DNA from: Callorhinchus milii
Taxonomy: Eukaryota
Reading direction: 5' to 3'
Assembly: GCF_018977255.1 (NCBI RefSeq)
Contig: NW_024704742.1
Location: forward strand, 59,460,001-59,524,000
Length of the DNA stretch: 64,000 bases
Made by a program: the position numbers and the translations under genes. Under the pieces are notes generated by a model. The model worked only from the letters and a program-made list of their open reading frames with translations, had not been told where the DNA came from and did not search any database. Numbering within the stretch: the first letter of the stretch is position 1; every line of letters starts with the position of its first letter. This document shows positions 11,735-23,796 of the stretch, piece after piece.

Positions 11735-13032
11735 TATCTTTAATAACTACATGCTCACACTCGGTTATGTCATCCACAGGCATGAAGTTAACTTCCACAT
11801 GTATGTAGATGACACCCAACTCCCTCTCTGCTTCCACCATCAATTCCAGGACCACTGCTCTTCTGACGGAAACTTGTCAAACATCAAGTCCTGGTTGAGA
11901 GCTAACTTTCTCCAGTTGAATGTCGACAGAACAGAAGCCCTCCTGCTTGTCTCCCAACAGCGCCTTCTCACCTAAGGCGTTGAAAGTATCACTCTACATG
12001 GATGCACAGCTCCACCTTACTGAGCCAGTATTGAACAGTCCTTTACAACTCACATCCATCCTTGACTCATAAATATAATTTTGCTGTTGTTGTTCTCAAT
12101 ATTGCTCGTCTCTGCCACTATGTCTCCACACTGCTGAGACCCCCATCCATTCCAGGGTCGACTATAATAACAATATAATAATAATCTTTGCATTTGATAT
12201 ACTGCTTTCATGTCTTCTAGACATCTCAAAGCGCTTCACAGACTATACTGTAAAGTGAATTGACTGTATAATTGTGGACGAAACGCGGCAGCCAATTGCG
12301 CACAGAAGGGTCCCACAAACAGTCGTGGATTAAAGTGACCATTTTCATTTTTTTTCTTAAGGGATTATTATCAGGCAATTGGAGTAAGGAAACTTACCCA
12401 AGGTTTCGCTCCGCCGGGAATCAAACCCAGGTCTCTCTCTTGCGAGGTGAAAGCTCTAAGCACTGAGCTACATGAATCCTTGCAGCAGACTATGCCAACT
12501 CACTGCTCGCCAGACTTTGCAAATCTTCCCTCCACAAGCTACACATCATTCAGAACTCTACAAACCATGTCTTCTCCCCCACCAGGCTCTGCGATTCTAT
12601 CACTCCCACCTTCGCCTGGCTCCACTAGCTCTCCATACCCTAGAAGATCAAGTACAAAATCCTTGCCACAGTCTTGGCCTACTCCACCTCTTGCGACCTG
12701 CAAAGAGCAAACCTTACCAAACTGCCCACTCTCTCCACTCAGCAGTCACTGGCCTGTCCAATGTCCCCAACCTGAAAGACCTTCAGGCTTTTTGCGCCCA
12801 CCCATCTGGAGCTCCATCTTGGAGCCACTTTGCCTTTTCCCTTCCCTTGCCTCCTTCAAGGTTTGTCTCAAGACAATCCTTTTTGACTGTGACTTTGGTC
12901 AACTTCCCATCCCCAAACCCCTTGCCCCCCACCCCTCTTGAATCCAACCCCACTCAGGTGCAAACTCTCAACTGTCCAGTGCCTTGGACATCTTCCCAAT
13001 GCAAAGGTGATATATAAATGCAATTTGTTGTT
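11735..13032 (+). mobile_element. Degenerate L2 LINE split by a SINE
   Basis: HEVNFHMYVDDTQL and IKSWLRANFLQLN peptides; the coding motif resumes after the SINE; L2 tail at ~12975-13032. Confidence 0.85.
12164..12479 (-). mobile_element. tRNA-derived SINE (TAGAA-loop subfamily) nested in L2
   Basis: Head, body and tail match the other copies; gactat occurs on both sides (12160-12165, 12488-12493). Confidence 0.88.
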
Positions 13033-13056
13033 AATTGGATGAAATATCTTGAGAAT

Positions 13057-13192
13057 TAGAAATGTTAGAAAGAATGATTGGCTTTCACAAAGAGGTGGAA
13101 ACAATTCTTGAAAAATGGTTGAAGTAATTTGATGGGTGATGGCTGTTTTGTAGTCCTTGCAATTACTTCCTATCCTGTCATGTGTTGGACTT
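13057..13192. repeat. Unclassified 136-bp element, copy A
   Basis: Ungapped alignment to 17491-17626, 26 mismatches by manual count. Confidence 0.85.
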
Positions 13193-13226
13193 GTCATTTG
13201 ACAATTTGAATCAGCCCAGCAACTTT

Positions 13227-15760
13227 TCATAGAATCATAGAATTATACAGCACAGAAGGAGGTCATTTGGCCCATCATGTCTATGCTGGCTCTTTGAAAA
13301 GAGTTATCCAATTCAATCCCACTCCCCCATGCTCTCCCCATAGCCCTGCAAACTTGTCCTCCCCAAATAATTATCTACTTATCTCTTAAAAGTTGTTATT
13401 GAATCAGCTTCACCATTCTTTCAGGCAATGCATTCCAGATCCGAACAACTTGTTGTGTGAAAAAATTTCTCCTTATCTCCTCTCTATTTCCTTTAACAAC
13501 TATTTTAAATCAGTGTCCTTGGGTTACTGACCCACCCGCCAGTGGAAATGGCTTCTCCTTCTTCATCCTATCGAATCCTCACATAATTTTGAAAACTTCT
13601 ATCAAGTCTCTTCTCAACCTTCTCTGCTCCCAGGAGAATAATCCTAGCTTCTCTAGCCTCTCCTCATAACTGAAGTCCCTCATTCCTGGTACCATCCTGG
13701 TAAATCTTCTTTGCACCCTCTCCAATACCTTGACATCCTTCCTAAAGTGTGGTGCCCAGAACTGAACACAGTCTCCAGCTGAGGGCTAACCAGTGTTTTA
13801 TAAAGGTTCATCATAACTTCCTGACTTTTGTATTCTATGTCCTTATTTATAAAGCCTAGTATCACATATGGTTTTTTAACAGCTTTTTTTCTACCTGTCC
13901 TGCCACCTTGAAAGATTTACTTATATGAACCCGCAGGTTTCTCTGTTCCTTCACCCCTTTTAAGGTTGTACCATCAGCTTATATTGCCTCTCCTCATTCT
14001 TCCTCCCAAAATGCATAATTTCACATTCATCCACATTAAACTTCATCTGCCATGTGTCTGCCTATTTTACAAGTCTGTCTATGTCCATTTGTAGTTTGCT
14101 ACTATCCTCCTCACTGTTTATGTTTTTCCTAGCTTTCTATCATCTGCAAACTTGGAAATTGTACTCCCTATACCCAAGTCCAGGTCATTTATATAGATCA
14201 AAAACAGCAGTGGTCCCAATACTGATCCCCTGGGGGACACCATTGCACACTTCCCTCCAGTTAGAAAAACAACCGTTCACCATCACTCTCCGCTTTCTGT
14301 CTCCCAGCCGGTTCTGTATCCATGCTGCCACTGTCCCTTTAATAGCACGGGCTTCCATTTTGCTTACAAGTCTCTTATGTGATACTTTATCAAATGCCTT
14401 CTGAAAATCCATATAAACTACATCTACTGCACTATCTTCATCCACCCTTTCCGTTACTTCAACAAAATTCATTAGACATGAATTGCCTTTAACAAATCTG
14501 TGTTGGCTGTTCTTTATTAACCCACATTTTTCTAAGTGAAAATTTATTTTGTCCCGGATTATAGTCTCTAGTATTTTGTCCACTACTGACATTAGGCTGA
14601 CTGGCCTGTAGTTCCCAGGTTTATCCTTCTATCCCTTTTTGTACAGGGGAGTAACATTTGAAACCCTCCAGTCCTCTGGGACCACCCCAGTGTCCAAGGA
14701 GGATTGAAAGATTTGTGGCCAGAGCCTCCATTATTTCTACCCTTACTTCCCTCAGTAACCTAGGATGCATCCCATCTGGATCGGGTGACTAATCTACCTT
14801 GAGCAGCGATAACCTTTTTAGTACCTCCTCTCGGTTTATTCTTATCTTATCCTAATACTCTACCCTCTCCTTCGATACTGTGGCATTGGCTGAATTCTAT
14901 TCTTTTGCGGCGACAGATGCAAAGTGCTCATTCAGTGTGTCAGCCTCTGCCTCCCCAAGAAGATTTCCTCTTTGGTGCCTAATTGGACCCACCTTACCTT
15001 TGACTAATCTTTTATTCTTTATATGCTTAGAAATTACTTTACGGATCCCTTTCATGTTATCCACTAATCTTTTCTCATACAATCTTTTTGCCCCTCTTAT
15101 TTCCCTTTTCAGTTCTCCTCTGTACTTTCTATATACTATTTGAATATTTTGGACTGACCTCCTTTTTCTATTTTATTAATCCCAATTTTCTTATTCATCT
15201 AGGGAGGTTTGGATGCCCCACCTTTCCCCTTTGTGGGAATGTATTTGTTCTATCCCTGAAGTATCTCCTCCTTGAAAGTTTCCCATTTCCCATTAGCTGT
15301 TTTACCTGCCAATTTTTCTTTCCAGTCCACCTTGGTTAGGTCCCTTTTTAATTCATTGAATATCTTCATCTTTGATTCCAGTTGAGTATCTTCACCTTTG
15401 ATTGCTCCTTGTCCCTTTCCATAAGTGCTCTAATCTAATGAACGTTGATCACTGTTGTCCAGATGCTCTCCTACTAAAATATGCCCCACTTGCCCCACTT
15501 ATTCCCCAGAACTAGATCCAGCACTGCTTCCTTCCTCGTTGGGCTGGAGAAAATACTGATCCAGAAATTTATCCTGTACACATTTCGGGAATCCTTCCCC
15601 CCCCACCCCCCCCGACCTTTACACTGTTATTTTGCCAGTCTATGTTTGAATAATTGAAGTCCCCCATTATCACTACTCTATTGATTTTGGATCTTTCTGA
15701 AATCTGCTTGCAGATTTACTCATCTATCTCTTTCCCACTATTTGGTGCTCTACAGTATAC
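13227..15760 (-). mobile_element. Older CR1 LINE, ~2.5 kb, from part of the endonuclease through RT and 3' UTR
   Basis: catagaat tandem tail at 13227; peptides VDVVYMDFQKAFDKVSH, NGVPQG and LYKTLVSPQLE; minus-strand VVIMGDFN (endonuclease) near 15655-15680. Confidence 0.92.
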
Positions 15761-16691
15761 ACTTTTTTGTTTGATCCACAAGACTTATTTGCTCAGAAAT
15801 GTTGCCTTCCCCTCACTTTCTTCTGTGGGATCATTTAAGTACACAAAACAACAGCAATTACCCAACGATCAAGGCAGATGGTTGCTTTCATCAAAAACAT
15901 TCAAAATGGCCAACCTTTTGTTAAAGTGAAAGGAGGTTAGGGTGGGGGGGCGGGGCAGGAGGGGCTCCAAGCAGAATCGAGTGAGTTATGATGTATGTCA
16001 CAGCCTTTTTTAGCAGAGGCTAGAAGAAACCAAAGTTCTAGTAATCTGTTCACTGTAACTCGAGGCTTAATACCCCTCTACTCCTGGCTATATTCTGCAT
16101 TTTTTTCAAACTGTTGGCAGTATAGCATTAACAAGACACAGTCTGATAGGTTGACTTCTGAAACTAACATTCAAATTCACTGGGGTTGATCATTATGTGC
16201 CTTGGGTAGCTCTCCACCCTTGCTAGTGTAGCTTGGTGCCATAAACTTATTTAGTTCCCTGACTGAGGGCCCATCACATACAAGGCTGTAATTCATTGCA
16301 CTGTTTCCTACTTGCAGAACAGTTCAAGCGAAAATTTGCCTTAAGATATTTGAATGCAACTGAATACCCCTAAACCCCTGCCAAACTGACATTAACTCTT
16401 TCAATTCTGTGCTGCATTGCTAGAGTGCCATCCTATATATTCTGTGGAGTACGTTGAGACATTCATCAGATGTGAAAAGTTCAGTATTATGCTCTTAATG
16501 TGAAATTCAGTGTTTTAATACAAACAATACAACACAAATTTACATTTATATAGTGTCTTTCACATTGAGAAGACATCCCAATATACTTAAAATTACCGGC
16601 TGGGCACACTTTCAAATATTGTCTCCTGGAATTTTGAGCCTGTTATCGTTATAATTATTGCTGGTGATGATGGCCCAAACCATCATCATGT

Positions 16692-17015
16692 GGAGTCCTG
16701 TAGCTCAGTGGTTAGAGCACTCGCTTTGCAAGTGAGAGACCTGAGTTCAATTCCAGGCAGGGCGAAACCTTGGGCAAGTTTTCTTACTCCACACACCTAA
16801 TAATAATCCCTCCAAAAACCAAAAACAATAATAAATTGGTAATTTTCAATCTACAACTGTTTGTGGGACATTGCTGTGCGCAATTGGCTGCCGCGTTCAC
16901 CCACAAATATACAGTCAATTCACTTTATAGTGTGTTCTGTGAAGCGCTTTGGGACGTCCTCCTGATGTGAAAAGCGCTATATCAAATGCAAGGATTATTA
17001 TTATTATTATTATTA
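16692..17015 (+). mobile_element. Full-length young tRNA-Ala-derived SINE, short subfamily
   Basis: ggagtcctgtagctcagtggttagagc...(att)n; near-identical to the copies at 7712 and 29138. Confidence 0.93.
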
Positions 17016-17199
17016 GCTCTAGCTCCTGTCTTTGTAACTGCCACCCGTGGAGCCCATCACAATGTGATATCAAATTAACTCAACCCCAATTCAACTGGGA
17101 TCCAGTAAAGCCAGAGTCAGATGGTGCGATCCATAGATGGCCATTTCAATGGCAGCCGCGGGAAATTTCAGACCAGCTTCAAGCACAACAACCTGACCC

Positions 17200-17432
17200 T
17201 ATCTGCCGCACCATCTCCCATCACTTTCTGGAACTCCATCCCAGAGTCCGTCTGACTCATTCCCTCACTCACATTGTTCAAGGTCTATCTCAAGACCTAT
17301 TTGATCGTGCTTTTGGTCTTTTTAACTTCCCCACCTCCCCTGGCTCTTAAACCCAGCTCAGGTTCCCAGCAGTATTAAGCATTTTGGGTCCTCTCAAAGT
17401 GAAGTGCACTGTACATATGTCAATTTGTGATG
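17200..17432 (+). mobile_element. L2 3' end fragment
   Basis: ctggaactccatccc...ttcaaggtctatctcaagacc...tttgatcgtgc followed by a decayed tail. Confidence 0.75.
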
Positions 17433-17490
17433 TTTGTATTTAAGCACTGAATTTCACATTAATAGTATAATACTGCACTTTTCACATCAA

Positions 17491-17626
17491 TAGAGATGTT
17501 AGAAAGAATGTTTGGCTCTCACAAGCAGGTGGAAACAACCCTTGAAAAGTGGTGGGAGTTATTTGATGGCTAATGCCTGTATCACTGTCACTGCAATCGC
17601 TCTCTATCCTGCCATGTGTTGGACTT
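17491..17626. repeat. Unclassified 136-bp element, copy B, bracketed by 42-bp direct repeats
   Basis: Homologous to 13057-13192; 17431-17472 and 17649-17690 differ at 3 of 42 positions. Confidence 0.85.
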
Positions 17627-17699
17627 ATGAATCCAAATTGTGTTGTATTGTTTATATTTAAGCTCTGAATTTCACATTGATAGTATAATATGCGCATTT

Positions 17700-18095
17700 C
17701 AATTCTGGTGATATCTCAAAGTCCTCCACAGGATATACTGTAAAGTATAGTGATTATGCATTGTAGGCAAATGCAGCAACCAAATTGCACACAACAATAT
17801 TCCACATACAGCCATGAATGGAATGTCCAATTTTATCTGGAGATATTGCTGGTCAGGACACCTTCCCTTCTCTTTACAAATAATGCCGTGGAATCCTTAA
17901 TGTCCACCTGAACAGGCAGACGAGACCAGGTTTAATATCTCAATTCAAGGATGCACCTTAGCAATACAGCACAAGTGCAGCACTGGAAATGGTGTGTCAA
18001 CCTAGAGTTGTTAGTTCAAAGTCCCAATGTAAGGTTTGATCCCACAACCTATGACTCAGCGAGGAGAGTATCACTACCTGAACCAGCAGACACCT
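17700..18095 (-). mobile_element. Old DeuSINE (SacSINE1-like)
   Basis: Reverse complement shows a tRNA-like head (gagtcataggttgtgggatcaaa), the Deu core (ttaaacc...gtctgcctgttcaggtggacattaaggattccacggca...gtgtcctgacc) and an L2-like tail. Confidence 0.8.
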
Positions 18096-18822
18096 ACATC
18101 TCAATTCTGACCCCATCATGACATTTTCCGAAAAAAAGTCAACATTTCAGACCCACATTAAAATCGTTTAATCATGGTTGATACCAAAGACAGATTTGAA
18201 CAAAAGCAGATGTGGAACTTTATAAGTGTTAGTGAAGGTGGTTAGACTGCATGGAGAAATACATTACATGATACTAATCAGGAATTTATATTACGTCCAG
18301 TTCTACTTTCTCCGCATGGCATTGAGTTGCAGGTTGAAAAATAAATTTTCAACCTCTTTCTGGGGATAGTAAAATTTCTGCTTGGCTATAAGTGGGGGTA
18401 AGACTGAAGGATCTGAAATGTCGCTGGCAAAAAGGTACAGTGTATAATTTTCATAAGTAAAGATGTTTTGTATTGTTAAATATGTAAATTAGATCACATC
18501 TTTCATTTTGTACAGAATAATTCTTTGTTGTGAAAATTACATTGAACCTAATAGCCATGATGGCTTAGGCAGATGACTGGGAAAGATAATTAACATTATT
18601 CTGTCGATCCAGCTTCTTGCATTTGGAAGGGCTGTATTATCTTGCAAACTAGAAATCTAAAAATTTGACACAAAAGCATCTAGAAATGCAAAGTGGCTGC
18701 TCAAACGGCTGAGTGCAATTAGGGTGTCATGTTTGCTTAGAAATACATAGTCACTACACTTTATAGTAATTCCTGTGAAGCGTTTTGAGACAACTCAACA
18801 ATACCATAAGGCTTTACATGCA

Positions 18823-19170
18823 TTAGCCATGCTCAATTGGTATACTCTAGCCTCTGAGTCAGACAGTTGAGGGATCAAGCCCCACATCTGGATTTGGAAG
18901 TTATTATAGTCAAACCTGATACTTCCACGATGTTTGGCACTGCATTGTTGGGGGTGCCATCCTTCAGGCCATTAAACTGAGTCTGCCTATTAAGTTGGAT
19001 GTTAAAGATCCCATTTCTATTGGAAAAGGGAAAGGAATTTCTCCTATTGTCCTGGCCAACAATCCCCAAAATAAAAAAAAATGTTTGTTTACGTCATTGC
19101 TGTTTTTGGGTCATTGCTGTGATAATTGATATACCACCTTAGCACATTGTTGAGATGTATCAAATATTCA
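18823..19170 (+). mobile_element. Old DeuSINE (SacSINE1-like)
   Basis: gcctctgagtcaga head; ggatgttaaagatccca and tgtcctggccaac Deu motifs. Confidence 0.75.
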
Positions 19171-19310
19171 ATTATTATTATTGTTATTATTATTATATTA
19201 TCGGATGGAATAACTTTGAGTTAGAGGATATCTTATCCATTATCTATTTTTAGTGAAGCTTATACCAAAAAACTGCATTACTCCATTTCATTCACATTTT
19301 ATTTTAACTA

Positions 19311-20045
19311 TCAGCTTGGCTCAGTTGATATTACTCTCAGCTCTGACTCAGAAACTTGGGGATTCAAGAACCAGATCAGGGCATGAATCATAATTCAGGT
19401 TGATATTGCAGTGAGATGCTGTGGGAGTACTCCTTGCATGAAGATCCCTCTACATTTTTTCAAGTGGTGTTAACATTTTGGTTGTGGTCAAGCAGATGTC
19501 TGATACATGTGGAACTAATTGCCATGCTTGAGAGAATCCAAATCAGATGTGAATTCTTTCCCTGGAGCGAGTCACTCTGCTTAGCTAATCCCAGAAAATA
19601 TTAGCTACAGGTTGACAAGAACCAATGTTTGGGTACCCTGGAGTGTATGGTAGAATACTGCGAGAGCTTAACTAGCTAAAACCACCTAGTTGCCATTGCA
19701 AACACTGCCTGGCAAGCTTCCCATTCCTTGTCCAGCAGGGATCATCCTAACCCTCAGGATTTGTCTTGCAGGATTAACATGAGCCAAGTGGGAAGAATAC
19801 TTGGCTACAGTGCTAATTATACTGTGATGCTTTTTGAACAAAAGGGAAGCTCAGTTAGTTTTTCCTACTGTGCTGGTTAACAAATAAATGAATCATTCAC
19901 TTCATGGCTGTTTGTGTGATCTTGCTATGTGCACAATGTGCACAGCATGTGTTTGCCAACAAAAGATAGTTACCACAGTTGACAGCCATTATTGTAAAGT
20001 GTGTTTCGGTCTTTCGACTTGATAAGGCTCAACAGAAATGCAAGT
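19311..20045 (+). mobile_element. Old DeuSINE interrupted by an unclassified repeat
   Basis: Head at 19311-19445 (cagcttggctcagttg...ctctgactcagaa); 3' part resumes at ~19830 (catggctgtttgtgtgatcttgctatgtgc...aaatgcaag). Confidence 0.7.
19555..19800 (+). repeat. Unclassified ~250-bp dispersed repeat, copy 1
   Basis: Shares ordered blocks with 58886-59115 (minus) and ~41400-41595. Confidence 0.75.
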
Positions 20046-20832
20046 TAATTTGAAATGTTTCTAATTTGTCAGATCAGGTGAAAACACCCAATTGATCACT
20101 TCAATTAATTTATTTGTTTTGAAACTTTGCAGAGGCTACACTGCTGACAATATCCCTCTATCTCCATAACAAATTAATGAAACATCTTATAATTTCAGTT
20201 CTGATTAAAATCCAGTTTTTTAAAAATGGAATATGAATCATGCTAGTCAAATCCAATTTCTTTTATATCACTGTTCGGTTTCTATATGTAGTACGTCTAG
20301 CATGTAAAACAAATAGAATCCAGATCAGACTCATGCATGCATAGATGGAAACATGGCAAACATGCATTTCAGTGTCACACAAGCTCAGTGGTGTTGTTCT
20401 TCAGGTAAAATCAACTTCAAGAATTCACTGTAACATAATTGTTTGAGTTTTTCATCTGGAGCAATTCAAACATTTTGATATCGTGCAGCTAATCTAGAAT
20501 TCAATCAATCCCATTTGACTTCAAAATAAGAAAGTGTCAGACAATCAGCTGATAGCAAATCAGAAGATTAATGTAAATGCATCTTGAGAATTTGAAATTT
20601 ACTTCATTGTATCTGATTATTGCCTGAATTTGCTATAAAGATCTCTTTAAGATTTCTAATATGATAATATTGGGAGAGCTTTTAATCTCTCAGCAAAGTT
20701 ACCATATCTTTCCCTACAGGGTGAATATCAGAGTTTTGCCACTATGGATGAAAAGTCAAGTGCCACTTTTAAATCAATTAAATCAAATTGCACTTTTTTA
20801 CCCCAGTGTTACTCCCAGTCCCAGTTGCTAAC

Positions 20833-21360
20833 AAAAATCCTTGCATTTGGTACAGTGCCCTAATCATGTTGAAACCTTTCAAAGCACTGTCCAAAGTAGA
20901 TGAACACAGCAGCCAATTTGTCCACAGCAACGTCCACATATGCTGTGGACAAGAGGTGATGATCAATTTGGCTGCAGAATTGTTGGCCATGTCATCTTTA
21001 ACTTTCATCTGACCAGACAAACTAGTCCTCTTTACATATTTCACTCGAAAGAGACACCATCTCCAACAATGTCGTACTCATCCAGTGCTGTACTGGATTA
21101 TCAGCCTAGACTATAATAATAATTCTTGGATTTGATATAGCAACTTATCACGGCTCAAAGCACTTCAAAGAATACACTGTAAAGCAAATTGACTGTGTAT
21201 TCTGTGAAACGCGGCAGTCGATTGCGCACAGCAGTGTCCCATGAACGTCGTAGATTGAGTGACCAAATTATTAACTATGAGCTCAAAATCTCTGACACGG
21301 GACTTGAACCAACAGACATCTAATCCAAAAGCAAGAGTGTTGCCAACATAGCCAAACTGA
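20833..21360 (-). mobile_element. Old DeuSINE containing a nested younger SINE fragment (~21113-21273)
   Basis: DeuSINE tail, body and head are interrupted by (aat)n-ttcttggatttgatatagc...gaccaaatt; actat lies on both sides. Confidence 0.75.
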
Positions 21361-23734
21361 AAATTATGACATGATGCAGTTGTTGTGGCTCTTCAAAATG
21401 ACTTGTTTCCAACTAAGATAACCAACTCACGATTTTCACTTGCTTCTTAAGCTGATTCGACCTGGGAGAATGATGAGTTTAAATGAACACATATTTAACT
21501 GCAAACTCACTGAGTCCTGAAGCTCCCACGTATCATTTTTGACAAGTCCCTGGCAAGTACCTGACAACTGAAATCTGACACATCTTTGGGAGAGGGAGAG
21601 GTGCCTAATATAACCAGGGATTCTCTGTCAGGTCTTGGCCATCTCTGACAGGTTGCTGGTTGGCTTTTTTTCAATTGCCATTCACTGCATTGCTTAGAAG
21701 GAGAAGGAGGAGAGGAAGGAACAGGAAGCAAGGAGGTGTCCACAAGAGAATGCATTCTGTAAGACACAATAACTGATAAAGGGGATCTACAAGCTCCAAG
21801 TGATGCCATGTATCACTTTGCCTCAAGGGACTCAATTTGGTTTATACAGAGCAGTAGAAATAACTTTGGAAAAAAGTCTAGATTGGAAGAATTGTAGCCA
21901 TATATAAAAGGCAGCAGAAAAATAATCCAGCAATTGTCAGGAAGTAAACTAGTTGCAGTCTTTTTACTGGTTACTATTTTTCCACACCATTACAATCAAA
22001 CTACAGCAATTTACACATAGAAACATTTTCTACAGGTGCCTTTTTCTGTAACTGCCTTGCATAGTTTTGGCAGTGGGTGCTGAAGTTGAGCTGACTACTG
22101 CAAAACATTAGGGACAATGCTTTAAAAGCCATTGCATTCCTTGCTGAATACAGTAATGAGCTTGTAAAATGCTCTTTACAGGCCATTCAGTGCCACAGGG
22201 CTGCCTTTAAATGATCAATTTAACATGATTACACAACGGGCAGTACCAGGAGCTCTGGGGAAAATTGTGCTTACTTCACAAGTTTTTACTGGATGGAATC
22301 AACGTTTGATTTCTCTTGTAATAGTGTTAAGACCTAATAAGTAAAAATAATTCCCAATTTTCTCTTGGAGGCATATATTTTATTGATCCATCACCATGCT
22401 TATCCAAGACTTCCACATTTGTCGGTGGAGGTTGGCAAGAATGAAGAACAGCAGTGTGTGCTGGAATATGGTTGGAGTTTAATCAGCTGAACCCACAGAT
22501 TTGGCAAACTTCCTGTTGCTTGTTCAGCTCAAACCACTTTAAGGTTAGGATCCCTTAAGGCTTGTCTTGTCTGCAAATTAGAACCGAGTGGGAACAATCC
22601 TTGGCCTCAGTGCTCAACATGTAATTTTTGGCCTCAGTGCTAAACACATATTTGGCTCAGGAACTGAACACTGAGATTGCCACAGGGTGCTGATTCAATT
22701 CTGACATCCGTTACCAAGCACAACACATTTCAGCTCCAAAGAGACCTACTTACTCTCCCCCAACACCCCTCCAAAGAGGATAGTTAGCAATTGGACATGT
22801 GACATCTGACAAGAGCAGGTTTAAGTTTTCACTGGGTGAATAGGAGGTACCAGGAGCTCCCTATAAGCTTCCTGGTGAGTAGCCTTCCTGGTGTAAAGCC
22901 CCTGGATATATTGTGTGGTATCAAACCCAGACTGCAGAAAATGCCTTCCCACAGATGTCAATCCAAGTATCAGAGAGTTTACTCATCAGCTGTTTCTCAG
23001 ACAACTGCCTTCAGCAGGTTGGGAGGATCCACACAGGATGCCTCGAGACATGCCTGGCATCTTGATGTTCCGGAGATCCAAATCCATTGAACACATATGC
23101 ATTGAACTGTAGTGCATGAATTAACCTATTCTCTACTTACTAAAGTTCATATGGATAGGAAGACATTCTATTTTTGCCAATTTATGTTTCCTTGGAAGTT
23201 GCTCATCGAGAAAAGATCAGTTGTCTTTTGTAGATGAACAAAATTAATCATTTGAGGTGGTTTGGCAGGCCAGTGCACTGTATTAGAATGGTAAGGTGTA
23301 GGTTGAGCACTATACAATGGGCTGCCAGCAAATGAGAATCAGACATTTTCCCCAAGGGAGGAACAATTATGGGCCATACAGACCTGTACCATTTATACAG
23401 CTGGTTAAACACAATTATTGTCAGACTTCTGGAGCAGGTTGCCTGCTTATCATGATGTCCAAGAAATGATGTGAGGATCAAATGGGAGAGAATGCACTAG
23501 AAATGCGTGCAAATCATGAATGGGTATATTATTTCCCCTTTAGAGAGAGACAAAACCCAACTTTAATTATAGGTGTCCCAATTCAATTAAAATCTCAGAA
23601 TTAACAGCTTCCCCTTCCAATTTTCAACACAGAATAAGAGTTTCCGGACAGTAAATTTCCAGCACTTTCAGCATATAATTAACACATCATATTCATACGA
23701 GTAGAAAACAGATGTGAAAATCATAAGCAAAACA

Positions 23735-23796
23735 AACCAGTCCCGATAACCCTAAAAGCAGCATTATCGGGACTGGTTAATAACTTAAGTTATTAA
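23735..23796. repeat. Perfect 15-bp inverted repeat overlapping a perfect 20-bp palindrome
   Basis: aaccagtcccgataa (23735-23749) / ttatcgggactggtt (23764-23778); ttaataacttaagttattaa (23777-23796). Confidence 0.9.

Noticed and set aside
15931..15966. G-rich tract with G-quadruplex potential (also 34165-34220 within L2)
   Set aside because: Low-complexity G runs with no other evidence of function.
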